Source of the DNA: Eledone cirrhosa
Taxonomy: Eukaryota
Length of the DNA: 64,000 bases
Assembly (NCBI GenBank): GCA_964016885.1
Contig: OZ024743.1
Location: 364,994,001-365,058,000 of the forward strand
Reading direction: 5' to 3'
A program made the position numbers and the translations under genes. Each line of letters opens with the position of its first letter. Positions within the stretch are counted from its first letter, which is position 1. Shown here piece after piece: positions 27,868 to 42,624 of the stretch. Below the pieces are notes generated by a model. It had not been told where the DNA came from and made no database searches. It saw only the letters and a program-made list of their open reading frames with translations.

Positions 27868-30337
27868 GCTCGGCTGTTCGGGGGGAGCGGCGCGCCGGGA
27901 GAGGCTATGGATTTCGGTCCATACCTCGACGGCTTACCGCGACTCTCGGACAGCGAGGCAAAGTTCTGCGAAAAGCCGATTTCAGCCACTGAGATAGGGG
28001 ACGCGCTGAGCCAATGCGGCAAACGCAAATCTCCAGGTCTCGACGGTCTACCCTACGAATTTTACGTAGCAATGCCGGACTTATTCTCCGGTCTCCTGGA
28101 AGCGGTCTACTGCAACTGGCAACAGAACGGGAGAATTCCCAGTTCTGTAACCGGGGGCGTGGTCACACTAATCAGGAAGGACGAGAATAAGGGGGATGAC
28201 ATAGGCAACTTCCGGCCCATAACTCTGCTAAACACAGAGTTACAGATTTTGGCCAAGGTGTTGGCAAAGAGGCTGGCGCTTGTCGTCGAGAACCTGGTGG
28301 GAGAAGCGCAGACATGCACGATCCCGACCAGGTCCATAAACGACAACCTCCACCTCATGCGATACATCATAGAGAGGGTAGGGTGTAAACCCGGCTTCGG
28401 TGGGGCCCTGATCAACTTGGATCAGTCTAAGGCTTTCGATAGGGTTGACCATCGTTACCTGGATGCGGTGCTCGAGGCGGCAGGCTTCGGACCCGTGTTC
28501 AGGGGCTGGATTGCTGCAATGCACAACAGCAACATCTGCTCAAGGGTCAAGGTGAACGGTTACTTCTCGGAGCCGTTCCATATTACGCGATCCATTCGAC
28601 AGGGATGCCCTCTCTCCTCCCTTCTGTACGTACTGACTCTCGAGCCACTACTGCGGAAGCTGGAGCTATTGCAGGGCATCCCTCTGGAACCGGGACTGCG
28701 GAAAGCGGCGTCGGCCTACGCCGACGACGTGACAGTAATGGTGTCGAGCGCCTCGCAAATCGAGGAAGTCGGCACCTTACTAAAGGAATACGAAAGTCTC
28801 ACAGGAGCGAAGCTGAACCGGGACAAGTCCATCGGTTTGCAACTCGGATCGTGGAGAGGCAGACCGATGCCTTCCGATGGCGTCGTCGGACGCTGGACGG
28901 AAGGACCGGTAAAGCTGCTCGGGGTCTGGTTTGGTCCGGACCTCCAGGTGGAGAAGAACTGGAACGAAGTGACGGCCAAGGTGTTTGCACTCACCCAGAA
29001 GTGGGCCGAGTGCAAACTATCCTTGAAAGGTCGAGCGGAGGTGGCGAACACTTTTATAGCGTCCGCCATCTACTACCGCTTGACCGTCGTGCCTTGTCCA
29101 GCCAAAACGCTCGCCAAAATGGAGCGCGCGCTCTTCCGATTCCTTTGGAAGAGGCGGGCTCCTTTGGTGAGAAGATCCATCTGCTGCCAACACCCTTCTA
29201 ACGGAGGGCTGGGGATGCCGTGGTTGACGATGCGCAAACACGCGCTCAGGCTGCGGCATCTCTACGTATTCCTCACCGGACAACCGGTGTGGGCCCCGTT
29301 CGTGAGGCGAGCCTTCCCACGACTCGTCTCGCTGACCGAGCTGCAGTCCTGGGTCAAGCAGAGACCGAGGAAAATGGGCGACTGGCACATCGAATGTGCT
29401 CAGGCGCTCACAGCCCTCTGGCAGGCGGACCCGGCGATCAGTGGAGACTCCACTTCATCATTCTATAGAGGGTTGGTCCGCAGCAAGTGCGACGACGCGC
29501 TCGGTGAAACTCTAGGCGTAGAGGAAGATGAACTGGCCAGTCTGTTCGGTAGGACCTTCCGCCCGGGACCGATGGACAACTTCCAAAAGTCCCTGGCCTG
29601 GCAGTGCTACCGAGGAGCTCTACCAGTTCGAGACAAGCTCTACAGACATGGGCGCCCGGGCAGGGACCCTGCAAAAAAGATCTGTCCGAGGTGCGTGCGA
29701 GACGAAGAAACCGTCGCGCACGCATTCATACACTGCCCGGGCGTCACTGACCTGTGGGGCTATGTAGAACGACTATTGTCGCGGGTGGGACCAATCCAGT
29801 TGACCACCGAGTCCATTGTCATGATCAAACCGCCACCCTCCTTCAAAAACGAAGGAGAGGCGGTTTTCCTTTGTGTGATAGCTATGGCGAAAGAGGTTGT
29901 ATGGTGGACAAGGTTGAAAGGGCTGAGGTCAGACACCTTTCTCTCCGGCCAACAACTGATTCTTTTTTTCAAATACCACTTTGGAAGAAGAATCAGGATG
30001 GAGAGAGAGGTGCTGTACCCCAGCAAGTTTTATGAAAGGTGGGTGAAAGTGGCGAGAATGGCCCGAGTGAATGGGCCTTCTCTCTATATCAGCCTGTAGG
30101 TTGAGGAAAAGGAGGAGGAGAGGAAAGGAGTACAAGCTCTTCGTACTCCTGGAGATGAGGGTTGCACATTTTTTTTCGGGGGTATGTGTTACCCATATAA
30201 ACTGTCTCCCTCTATTGGGGAAAATCGACTAACTTTTAAATTCCATCTGTGATAACATTTTACACGTTTTTATTGTATGTAAACTTCCCCCTTTGTATTT
30301 GTCCCCTTCTTTTGTGCCCCTGTGGCTAATAAAGAAA
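27865..30337 (+). mobile_element. Young 5'-truncated Tx1-clade LINE inserted in (TCTA)n
   Basis: Open RT frame and 3' UTR ending gtggctaataaagaaa. (TCTA)n on both flanks. Confidence 0.95.
27907..30099 (+). CDS. Tx1/L1-type ORF2, N-truncated: reverse transcriptase plus C-terminal Cys/His zinc-binding domain (730 aa)
   Basis: KSPGLDGL, NFRPITLLN, LDQSKAFDRV, IRQGCPLS, YADD, LSLKGRA, GGLG and CPRC...ETVAHAFIHC. Endonuclease domain absent. Confidence 0.93.
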   Translation: MDFGPYLDGLPRLSDSEAKFCEKPISATEIGDALSQCGKRKSPGLDGLPYEFYVAMPDLFSGLLEAVYCNWQQNGRIPSSVTGGVVTLIRKDENKGDDIGNFRPITLLNTELQILAKVLAKRLALVVENLVGEAQTCTIPTRSINDNLHLMRYIIERVGCKPGFGGALINLDQSKAFDRVDHRYLDAVLEAAGFGPVFRGWIAAMHNSNICSRVKVNGYFSEPFHITRSIRQGCPLSSLLYVLTLEPLLRKLELLQGIPLEPGLRKAASAYADDVTVMVSSASQIEEVGTLLKEYESLTGAKLNRDKSIGLQLGSWRGRPMPSDGVVGRWTEGPVKLLGVWFGPDLQVEKNWNEVTAKVFALTQKWAECKLSLKGRAEVANTFIASAIYYRLTVVPCPAKTLAKMERALFRFLWKRRAPLVRRSICCQHPSNGGLGMPWLTMRKHALRLRHLYVFLTGQPVWAPFVRRAFPRLVSLTELQSWVKQRPRKMGDWHIECAQALTALWQADPAISGDSTSSFYRGLVRSKCDDALGETLGVEEDELASLFGRTFRPGPMDNFQKSLAWQCYRGALPVRDKLYRHGRPGRDPAKKICPRCVRDEETVAHAFIHCPGVTDLWGYVERLLSRVGPIQLTTESIVMIKPPPSFKNEGEAVFLCVIAMAKEVVWWTRLKGLRSDTFLSGQQLILFFKYHFGRRIRMEREVLYPSKFYERWVKVARMARVNGPSLYISL

Positions 30338-30568
30338 TATATCTATCTATCTATGGGATGGACACATGTGTTAAACTTGCTCGGTAAGTTTTGTTTAAAT
30401 TTCTTTAGAAATTCGTCATTGTGAACTTTTATTTTCATACCATTTTGTAGAGGTACCGACAGGTCAAATTTTGATCTGGTCAGTCTCCCAAAATATCGTG
30501 CCCCTCAGGGCAAAAACAACCAACATATTTTCAAAAATATTTTTGCAAAACACTTCAATTTTTAAAAA

Positions 30569-30812
30569 ATGGCCGAAGCAAAGGCACTTTCTTCCTTGTC
30601 AATACAAGAAGATGGGAAGGGAAAGCCATGCTTACTTGACCAGCAGATAGTAACAGACATGGACAAAGGAATGCCTACATTATCACCTCAACATTTAGAA
30701 GAGAAACAAGCTTTAGTTTCTTGTAAGCAACTGAACACGCCTGACGTCACAAACGTCAAATGTATCCACACAGAAGGAAGAATGTGTAGCAAATACTAAC
30801 ACCACCACAAGC

Positions 30813-30852
<40 letters not shown>

Positions 30853-30854
30853 GC

Positions 30855-30906
<52 letters not shown>

Positions 30907-31523
30907 CAATAAATGAGAACAACAACAATACAACAAAAGGAATCAGCGGCAACACAACGAATGAGACCATCATCACCACCAACAACAACAATAACAACAT
31001 TTCATTTGCAGCAACCGTTGCTCAGCAACAGGGTTTTACATATTACCCCATGGACATTTCCCAAAAGTGTGGAAAACCACACACTTAAAGGCCTTTGCCT
31101 TAAACAAACCGAGGACAAACAAGGTGTTATTACCAACACCAAAACCCCAACATCAACACCCCAAACCAAACCAAACACAACACAAAAACCTGCAACATCC
31201 ACTCCCACACCACCACAGACCAGAGACAACCACACACACACAAGATCCCACTGAAAAACCCTCCATTGCCTCCTCCCTCCCTGTCAAATACTTCTATAAA
31301 CACCTGCACAAACACTCCACCACACAACATACCCCTCCCATCTACCCCTGATTCAGAAGTCTCAGACACGGGAACCTCTACATCTCCAAGTGAGAATGAA
31401 GAGGAACCCCAAAAATCCAAAAAAACAAAAAGACAAAAAACACAAAAACAAAAACATCTACAGAAAAAAAACAACAACCCGACCTCCAGGAAACTAAAAG
31501 GTTCATGCCTTTTCTCTCTCTAG
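30569..31523 (+). pseudogene. Probable ORF1 remnant of the Tx1 element, with a (CAA)n expansion
   Basis: Starts at ATG 30569. Low-complexity T/P/K-rich frames end 15 bp before the ORF2 ATG. RHKRQMYPHRRK at about 30746 may be a decayed zinc knuckle. Confidence 0.55.
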
Positions 31524-31538
31524 CTTTTCTTCACCAAC

Positions 31539-34500
31539 ATGGCGACTATACAAGTTGGATGTTTGAATGTAAGTGGCCTGGGTATGTCCTGGAAACAGGG
31601 CCAGCTTTTAAATGATCTCAGGTCACATTGTATAGATGTGATAGCCATCACCGAGTCCAGGATTCACGACAAGCAGCAGCTAATCCTCATGTTCGATGAC
31701 TTTGAGATCTACGCATCTCTCTATCAGCCAGGAGGTGGAGGGGGAGTTGCTGTTCTGTTTCGAAAAAACTTGGGTCTCAAAGCACAAACGATTCACTTGG
31801 ACCCGGAGGGAAGCTTGGTGGTCCTGGACGTGAATGGTAGTGAAAGTGGAGCTTTCAGACTGGTGGCCGTATATGCCCCGACTGGGACATCGCGCCCAGA
31901 GTTCTTCAAGCGTCTGGAGCCATTGCTGGGAACGTCGTCTCGCTCCTTAGTGTTAGCATCTTAGATGCACGTTGGGACTATGTAGAAGCTTGTGATAATA
32001 GAGGGGGGGGGGGGGGGGTAACAGCCTAAAAAAATCTCATCAGCCAATTACAACTGGCTGATAGATATCGACTAGACTTCCCAAGTGTACCACTGTGGAC
32101 GTGGAGCAACCGCACTGGGTCTTCTAGATCGTATTTAGATAGGTTTTTAATTAGACAGAATGATAAGGAAACATCAAGCTGTTCACAAATGCACATGGTT
32201 GCCTATTCAGACCACAAATTAGTCACCTGCGCAGTCAACCTTGATAGAACACATGGACAGGGACCCGGATACTGGAAGCTAAACATGTCGCTTCCGGCGC
32301 GTAAGGCCTATAGTAAACGGATTAGCACCTTAGTTAAGTGCTAGTTGAAGGGGGCGATCGTCAACAACAGGTGTTGGAGCAATTAGAATAGTATCGATAG
32401 CATTTAGTAAGGAAGTAGCTTTAGAAAAAAACAAAACCCAAAAGGAACTGGTAGCTAAAGTAGAAGAGGCACTTAGGAATGGCGTGCTAGCGGTGAGAAC
32501 GGCACTAGACCAGTTCCTCAACGTGAAGCACGAAGGTTGTATTTTCAGAAGTAGAACGTGCTCTAAGAAACGAGGGAGCCAAAGCTGTTAGCTGAGCCTG
32601 AGTGGCAGGGGCGAAAAGTAGCAACAAATCCACAATTTGGTCTTTGCAAGACAAAGATGGACGCATTCTACTTGAATCCAAGCAGATGTGCACGGCCTTG
32701 CAGCAGCACTTTGCACAACTGTTCGAGCAAAGCGGTACGTCAAGTGAGGTGATGGACTTCAGCTCCTACCTCGATGGCGTACCACGACTCTCAAGCACGG
32801 ATGCGGAAAGATGCGAAAGGCCGATCACAGCGGGCGAAATAGAAGATGCCCTAGGCAGCTGCGGGAAACGTAAATCCCCCGGTTTAGATGGTCTACCCTA
32901 TGAGTTTTACATAGGCATCCCAGACTTGTTCTCTGGCGTCCTCGAAGCGGTCTACTGCAACTGGCAGCAGAACGGGAGGTTTCCCAGTTCTGTAGGCAGA
33001 GGCGTAGTAACGTTGATAAGGAAAGATGAGATAAGCAATTTCAGGCCCATAACTTTGCTCAACACAGAGTTAAAGATTTTGGCCAAGGTGTTAGCAGCGA
33101 GGCTGGCGCTTGTCGTCGGGAACCTGGTAGGGGAAGCGCAAACGTGTGCAATCCCGACCAGGTCCATACAAACAACCTCCACCTCATGCGATACATCATA
33201 GAGAGGGTTGGGTGTAAACCTGGCTTCAGTGGCGCTCTGATCAATTTAGATCAGTCTAAGGCATTTGATAGGGTCGACCATCAATACTTGAAAGCGGTCT
33301 CATGGCGGCGGGCTTCGGTCTCGTCTTCAGAGGCTGGATTGCTGCCATGCACACCAGCATCTGCTCGGCAGTCAAGGTGAATGGCTACCTATCGGAGCCA
33401 TTCCAAATCATGCGTTCCATCTGTCAGGGGTGCCCTTTCTCCTCCATTCTATATGTACTGACTCTCGAGCCATTACTGCGGAAGCTGGAGCTGTTGCAGG
33501 GCATCTCGATCGAACCAGGACTGCGGAAAGCAGCGTCGGCCTATGGCGACGACGTAACCGTAATGGTGTCGAAAACCTCGGACATCGGGGTAATCGGCAA
33601 CCTATTACAGGAATACGAAACGTTGACAGGAGCAAGACTAAACCCAAACAAGTCTGTCGGTTTGCAGCTCGGCACATGGAGAGGCAAACCCATGCCTTCC
33701 GACAGTGTCGTTGGACGCTGGACGGAAGGACCGGTGAAATTGCTCGGGGTCTGGTTTGGTCCAGACCTCCAGGTGGACAAGAACTGGAACGAGGTCACGG
33801 CGAAGGTGCTTGCACTCACCCAGAAGTGGGCTGAATGCAAACTCTCCTTGAAGGGTCGAGCGGAGGTGGCGAACACTTACATAGCGTCCCTCATCTACTA
33901 CCGCTTGAGAGTTGTGCCTTGTCCCCGTGAATACCTCACCAAAATGGAACGCCTACTCTTCAAGTTCCTCTGGAAGAAACAAGCTCCATTGGTGAGGAGA
34001 TCCATCTGCCGTCAAGACCCATCTAACAGAGGGCTGGGCATGCCGTGGCTGATGAATAGCAAACACGTGCTGAGGCTACGCCATCTCCAGGTATTCGTGA
34101 CCGGCGAACCGGTGTGGCTGTCGTTTGTGAGACGAGCTCTTCCACAACTCGCCTCACTAACAGAGCTGCAGTCCTGGGTCAAGCGAAGACCGAAATTGGG
34201 CGCCTGGCACTTCGAGTGCCTTCAGGCGCTCACAGCCCTCTACCAAGCGGAAACTCTACTTCGACATTCTATAGGGGATTAGTGGAGGATAAGTGCCACG
34301 ACGTTCTCGGGGAAACTCTAGGCATCGGGGAAGACGAACTGACCAGTCTGTTCCGAAGGACTTTCCGTCCAGGGCCCATGGATAACTTCCAGAGGTCTCT
34401 GGCCTGACAGTTCTACCGAGGAGCTCTACCAGTTTGAGACAAAATCTACAGACACGGACGCCCTGGCAGAGATCCTGCCAAAAGGACCTGTCCAAGATGC

Positions 34501-34868
34501 GAGCAGGACATCGAAACCGTTCTGCACGCAATTGTTCAGTTCCCAGGGGTGACCGACCTGTGGAATTATGTCGAACAGCTACTGTCACGTGTAGGACGCA
34601 ACCAGTTGTCAGCCGAGTCCATTGTGAGGATCACCCGCCGCCTTCATTTAAGAATGAAGGAGAGGCGGTCTGCCTCTGTCTGTTAAAAGGACTGAGGGCA
34701 AGCACCTTTCTCTCCGGAAAACAACTTATCCCCTTCTTTAAGTACCTCTTCAGAAGGAAGGAGAGAGTGGAGAGAGAGGCGCTACACGCCAGTAAATTCG
34801 CTGAAAGGTGGGTGAATGTGGCAAAAATGGCCCGGGTGAATGGGCCTTCTCTGTATATAAACCTGTAG
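31539..34868 (+). pseudogene. Tx1 ORF2 pseudogene (APE-RT-zinc finger)
   Basis: Collinear with ORF 27907-30099 across several frameshifts and stops. Same C-terminus, ARVNGPSLYI. Confidence 0.9.
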
Positions 34869-35406
34869 GTTGAGGAAGATAAACAGAGGGAAGACGGGAA
34901 CACCTACAAAACGTGTTCCTGGTGTTGAGGGTTGTTCTATCCACGGGGGTGTAAAACAACCCCGCAGTAACGTTACCCCCTCCCCCTTAATGGGGATTTC
35001 AATTGTTTTATTTTTATATAGTTTATTGTTATTTATCATTGTTAAAGATTTTATGTAAAACCCCCGCTGTCACGTCTTGTAATGTCCCACTTTTGTACGC
35101 CCCTGTGGCAAATAAAGAAAAATATCTCTCTATCCCTCTATCTACCTATCTATCTGTCTATCTGTCTGTGTATCTAACTATCTATCTATCTATCTATCTG
35201 TTTACTTCACCAAATATAACGTACTATATCACTTATTTTGTATGTATGACTGCTTAGATCTGTCCAGTGTTGTTTTTTTTTATGACATTGTAAATTGTAA
35301 ATACAACATAAACAACAACAACAATCAAAACAAAAACACACAAATGCTCCTACACGTACCCCACTCCGCATACATTGTCTAATGTGTGTTGGATCATATT
35401 CGTATA

Positions 35407-35690
35407 CAGTGTAACCCCGGAAATTGTGCTCTCGACATTCGTGGTCTCAGTTATTTGTGGAATTTTCCTTAGAACCTAACCAATAATTGTTCGTGGAAAC
35501 CACCGCTATTCGCGGAATCGTAAATATCTTCCGCAATTTCATGGCAATATATATTTTTTCACGTTTTTTAACGCTAAATTATTAATAACAATATACCGTA
35601 TTTGTCGGCCTATATTTTACGTTATGTTGTGACGTTTATAGGCATTTTTATGGACTACACCCAATATTCGTGAATACCGGGGAGCAGCTG
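35407..35690. mobile_element. pogo/Tigger-like MITE
   Basis: TA|cagtgtaaccccgg ... ccggggagcagctg|TA. Degenerate terminal inverted repeats with TA flanks. Confidence 0.55.
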
Positions 35691-35717
35691 TATACACAAA
35701 ATATTATTTCACCGAGA

Positions 35718-35880
35718 AGGCGCGCAGCTTAGTGGTTAGGGAGTGTTCAGTTCACCATCGTAAGGTTGTGAGTTCGATTACCGACGGCACATTGTGTCCT
35801 TGAGCAAGACACATTATTTTGCATTTTTTCAATTCACTAAGCTGGTAAAATTCAAAAAGCTGTAATTCAAAAAGCTGGCC
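35718..35880 (+). mobile_element. tRNA-derived CORE-like SINE (family B)
   Basis: A-box cagcttagtgg, B-box gagttcgatta, core tgtgtccttgagcaagacac. Confidence 0.75.
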
Positions 35881-35895
35881 TTGTAATCATATCCT

Positions 35896-36004
35896 CAGTC
35901 TCTGAGGATATGATTGGGTTAACATGTATTTTAAATTGAGTGGCATTGCTTTCAGCGTTTAGTAAATTTTAGACAACTCTATCATTGAAACAATTGTTAG
36001 ACTG
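35896..36004 (+). ncRNA. Type-I hammerhead ribozyme with a 54-nt loop II (family C, copy 1)
   Basis: cagtct CTGAGGA t atgattgggtt [54 nt] aactctatcat t GAAA caattg TT agactg. 6-bp helix I, palindromic helix III. Confidence 0.75.
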
Positions 36005-36080
36005 TAAATAAATTTCCTTGTTTGTACTGTTGACCATGTTATTCTTCACTTTTTCAATTATATATATATATGTATATATA

Positions 36081-36518
<438 letters not shown>

Positions 36519-36744
36519 AGATGGTCCCAAGGTGGGAGGTAGACCGAGGTGAAAGGCAGTCCGAGGAGGTGAAAGCGAAAGTAAGGTTCGTGGTGCACGC
36601 AGAACGGAAGTGGTGGAGAGGGCGATGGCAGTGGTGGGGTCTGAGCGTAGAGTTGGGTGTAGGAAGCTAGTGGGAGAAACTAATGAGGTGGAAAGAGAGC
36701 TGCATTTGTAAATGCTAGCTCTGACAGTTGGCAGGTGAACAGTA

Positions 36745-36792
36745 AACTGTACTGATGAAGGGTTATGCCTAGAAACATTAGTGTCTGCAGTT
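36745..36792 (+). ncRNA. Compact type-I hammerhead ribozyme (family D)
   Basis: aactgta CTGATGA agggttatgccta GAAA cattagtg TC tgcagtt. 7-bp helix I with one G-U pair, GUC triplet. Confidence 0.8.
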
Positions 36793-37148
36793 CTGTTTAC
36801 ATGCCAACACAAGAGCAAGAATGAAGGGCTCATTCTACTGACATGGCTTAAAAAAAAGAGGCTGTTTGCATAATTGCAAACGAATCGATTATTATTATTT
36901 ATTAATATTCGAAAAACTCAGATTACACAGATATATATATATATATATATATATATATGGGATAATAAGTTATCGTTATAGGTAATCCAGTGGATAGTTT
37001 TAACGTACGGCTTTGTTTGACTCAACAAGATGCTTCCATAGTCATGCAGTGAGTTCGCGGTAATTCCTCTGCAGGTTATACTTGGAGTAATAACAGTGAA
37101 AGAATGAAGAGTAACATGGTTGGCTGTACAATAAGGGCTTTATTTACA

Positions 37149-37259
37149 GTACTGACAATTGCTTCGTTGATCATGTAGGTCTAGAGTTCGCTAATCGCTT
37201 GAGGTTGCGTCATTCGATCTCCAATACATTATTTACCTTTGGTCAACACATCAGAGTAC
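37149..37259 (-). ncRNA. Degenerate hammerhead (family C, inverted copy)
   Basis: Minus strand: gtact CTGATGT gttga..[loop]..tcaac GAAG caattg TC agtac. Two core substitutions, helices retained. Confidence 0.6.
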
Positions 37260-38798
37260 GTAGATATGAAAGTAATTCACCCGAGGCAAGACTTATATAG
37301 AAAAATAGCGTATAATCAAAACAATACCAACAATAATAAAATAGCGTATAATCAAAACAATAACATCAATAATAAAACATGTATGGTAAATAGGTAGAGA
37401 AGTTACAGATGTAAAAAGTAAAAAGTAAAAAGTAACATATAAGATAGGGTACATTAAAAAAAAAGAAAATGAGACAAAGGAAAATATAAAGAAATAAATA
37501 AGTGAGAGCGTGTAAATATATAGTAGTAGTTTTTTGAGTAAGTGTTCATCTAAGGATTCGCTGGTGAGTTAGTGCTAACATGAGAAACCAGATTCGAGAT
37601 GTACATAGATACGTGTAGAGGGTCCGATAAAAGAAAAGACAATAAATTAAAGATTTATTGGCGGATACATGTATGATATTTATGGGCTAGGGATGACGGG
37701 ACATTTGATAAACGCTTGTTGTAAATGTTTTGCTGATTGTTCTATCGTAATGGAGTTGATTCATTAAATTTAAGATGAATACTATCTCCGACAGTAATGC
37801 CACAACTACCAGTCATATTGAATAACTGGATATTCTTCTAACTATATCCACTGAAGACACCTTTTATTCGAATTCGTAGAGATATCCGACTAAAGACATA
37901 ATTCATTTTAAAAGGATTTTCTACAAACAGTATGGCTGAACAACAACATCAGTGGAATACCGAAGAAATACGAGAAAGGTAAACAAAATTTATTCAGTTG
38001 TAGCTACAGAAGAAACCGAAATTATAAATCGCATTTCTCTTGGAGTTGCGAACTTAATGATGATTTATTTAATTGTTATAAAATGGCAAAAAACAATCCC
38101 TCCATTGGCTATATGAATAGAATGAAGCTACACTGGGACGAAATGCACCCAGAGCTAAATTATTTCACAGCGAAACAATTACGCCAACAAGCAACGTTTG
38201 TTGAACGTAAAAATAAGATAAATATTATTAATTGTAAGTCCCCCACAACAAACATAGAATCAACAACACGTGCAACAGATCGCCATGCTACTAGACTTCC
38301 TAGCAGCCAGGTCGAACAGTGCCTTGAAACAACTATGTCTGTAATAAACTTGACACCATGTGTACCATCTAAGTCTACCTTGAATACTGGGGAAAACACT
38401 ATCGATAATAATAATAATCGAAGAAATAATAATAATAATCGAAGAAATTTGACATCACGTGTACCACCCGAGTCTACCTCGACAGTTGTGGAAAATACTA
38501 TCGATAATGATAATAATCAAAAGTATAAACAATTGAAAAATTTCCTTCAACGATATTTTCCAGAGAGAAATTAATTCATGTATAAACATTTCTCTTGCTG
38601 AACGTATTAAAACAACAATATTTAAAAAAACAACAACAAATAATGAAATATTACGTGTTACTGACGAAATAGGGGATGAATATCCCAACATTTTGGCAAT
38701 TCAAAGCCTGTTTATATGCCTTAGCAACGACAGTGAAGCATTATCTTGGTGATAGCAGAGATATTAACAAGAACAAAACACCACCAAAAATACCATCA

Positions 38799-39782
<984 letters not shown>

Positions 39783-40639
39783 TATATAACTAAAATAGAA
39801 AAAAGATTGCTGACCTACGAAAAACCATAGGATATGTGACAATGTTCCTTACATGTAAACAAACACGAAAAAACTTCTCTCCTCACCAACAAAGAGTGAA
39901 AAATAAATTAGAGACGATGTTTGGTAACAGTAGAACCAGAACTCTTCAATATAAGCTATTCACCCTCAAACAAGAATTGAGAGCTGTTAGCGAAAAACGC
40001 CGATACCCGAAGAAGGTATATGAAAGAAAAGTGCTTAATAAAAGATTCAGACGAAACGAAACATCAGTCCATAGAGATATGAAGGGCAAAATAATAAGTG
40101 TCACTGAGGCCCCTTCCAAGAAAGACTTAGATTCCTTTGGGAGAAACAAATTGGGTAGAAAAGAAAAATTTCAACCAAGATGCAGTGTGGCTAAAAGAAA
40201 TCCAAAGGAACTATTGCTCCTACACTACAACAAAAACATACGAAATAAGTGAGGGTACCCTTCAGACTGTGATAGGAAAACTCCAAGATAAGAAAACACC
40301 AGGAAGAGACATGATTGTCGGCCACTGGTACAAAAAACTGATATTCTATCGGAGGTATCTTACTGACCTCTACCAACAAGTTCTTAAGGGAGATACACTT
40401 ATACCAGAATGATTGACATTAGCACAAACATTACTGGTCCCCAAGAACAAAGACACCCACCTGGCAAAAAACTACCGACCCATTGCATGCCAGAACCTGT
40501 TCTATAAGATGTATACAGCCAGCCTGAACCTATTCCTCCAAGATCACTGTGAAAATAATAACATCATCACAGATGAACAAGCAGCTGGAAAGAAAGGGGT
40601 TTAGGGTGGGCTGAACAACTCCTAATCAACAAAACTGCG

Positions 40640-41704
40640 ATGTCGGAGGTGCGACAACTTAGGAGCAATATGGCTACAGTCTGGCTGGACTACAGGAAAG
40701 CTTTCGATTCTGTTCCCCACTCTTGGATGATAGAGGCCCTCCGACTTGCTAAAGTCCCAGGCATTATTATCAGAGCCATAGAGAAGCTGTCTTCTTCTTG
40801 GGCTACTATCCTAAAGTTAAAGACAGAGAAGGAGGACTCTATTTTCACTGATAAAATAAAATATCGCAGGGGTATATTTCAGGGAGACAGTCTCTCTGTG
40901 ATATTATTCATCTTGTCATTAAACCCCTTGTCCTATCTGCTCAAGAAATGTGAAGGATACATCATTGGCTCACAGGAGGACAGAAATACGAACCTAACCC
41001 ATAATTTCTTTGTGGATGATCTGAAACTCTATGCCAAGAACATGGATGGAATGAAGAAAAATCTTGACCTGGTTACAACGTTCTCAAAGGATATAGGAAT
41101 GGCGTTTGGCCAAGATAAATGCTCATACATGACTGTAAAGCAGGGAAAAACAACAACCCAATCTAGCAACATTTGTATCAATGGCCTAAGTGTTTCACCG
41201 ATATCTGATGAGGACTGCTACCGCTACCTGGGGATAGATGAGAACATATCCTATAATGGTATCTGTAATAAGGAACGCGTAACCAGAGAATACTACACCC
41301 GATTAAGAAAGATCTGGTCATCGGAACTCTCTGCGCAAAACAAAACAGTGGCTCACAATGTGTTTGCTGTGCCTGTCCTAACACCAACTTTTGGTATACT
41401 CAATTGGACGATAGACGAAATCCGAACGATTGATGTTGGAACTCGAAAAATACTAAACAACACCGGAAACTCCCACATCAACAATGACATAGACCGCCTT
41501 TACTTGAAGCGTAGGCAGGGAGGCAGAGGCCTAACATCTGTCCCGACAACATTTGAATGTAGCATCATATCCCTCCGACAACATCTACGAACCACGAAGC
41601 GTAGGAGCTCGTCTCTCGAGAAAGTCTATCTGCATGAAACAGATAAGAACATGAGAGTTGGGAAAACTCACACCCAGGGAAGTCGCTCAGCAGTATCGCA
41701 GTGA
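40640..41704 (+). pseudogene. Reverse transcriptase core of the R4/Dong-like LINE (354-aa open segment)
   Basis: RT motifs DYRKAFD, QGDSLS, FVDD and YRYLG. Confidence 0.85.
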
Positions 41705-41885
41705 ATCCATGGATGAAAAACTGCATGCTTATCAGCAAAAAATCATGCATGGATATGTTGCCAGGAAGCTCTAGAGTGAAAGTAATATAGATAAAGAAAG
41801 TAGTCTATCTTGGACCAACAACCGCTATATTAGCTCCCACTTTGAAGGATACGCTTTTGCAATCCAAGAACAGGAGATTAACATA

Positions 41886-42624
41886 AAATAGATTCGTATC
41901 AGCAAGCTTATAGTTATAAGGTTGGTAATTTAAAGCTCTGCTTCAGAGATTTGATTCTGACTTAGGGTTTTATCTATTTAATTGCTAACTTGTAGGTGTT
42001 GTTTTCCATACAGTAACAGTTAAACCCACATGTAATAATTCTTTACACACATCTCACTGTGTAACACACTTCTCTCTGTGTAATATATTTGTATTTGAGC
42101 TCAGTTGAAAATTCTCTGTTCTTCTTTGAGCTAATATTATTATTACTGTGAACACTCTAATTATTACGATCCCTGTATAATTAACGAGCTCCAAATTGTT
42201 GAGCTAATAAATTCGAATGGTTGGGCTGATCTCTCTAGCATTTTCCCCAATTCACGGGAGCCGTTATTTGATGCAAATAACACGTGTTTTCGCCCTGCTC
42301 TAGGCAGCGTGTGTATTTGCGTTCTCTCTTCCCATTAGGCTAGATGTGTGGCGGGCAATTCCACACTTACTGACTGATGAACCTGTGGACTCGTACGCTA
42401 CACATTTCAGTGGCGAAACGAAATAGATTCGTATCAGCAAGCTTATAGTTATAAGGTTGGTAATTTAAAACTCTACTTCGGAGATTTGATTCTGACTTAG
42501 GGTTCTTTCTATTTAATTGCTAACCTGTAGGTGTTGTTTTCCATACACTAACGGTTAAACCCACATGTAACAATTCTTTACACACATCTCACTGTGTAAC
42601 ACACTTCTCTCTGTGTAATATATT

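Larger units (their letters stand above)
30355..35122 (+). mobile_element. Near full-length but frameshifted Tx1-clade LINE (5'UTR, ORF1 remnant, ORF2, 3'UTR)
   Basis: Begins right after the (TCTA)n that follows the previous copy. ORF2 pieces at 31539 (MATIQVGCLNVSGL..ITESR..VYAP), 32602, 33302 (YGDD) and 34434. Ends gtggcaaataaagaaaaa followed by degenerate (TCTA)n. Confidence 0.9.

Noticed and set aside
41205-41230. CTGATGAG motif as a possible hammerhead
   Set aside because: Lies inside the RT coding frame (SDED), with no suitably placed GAAA or helices.
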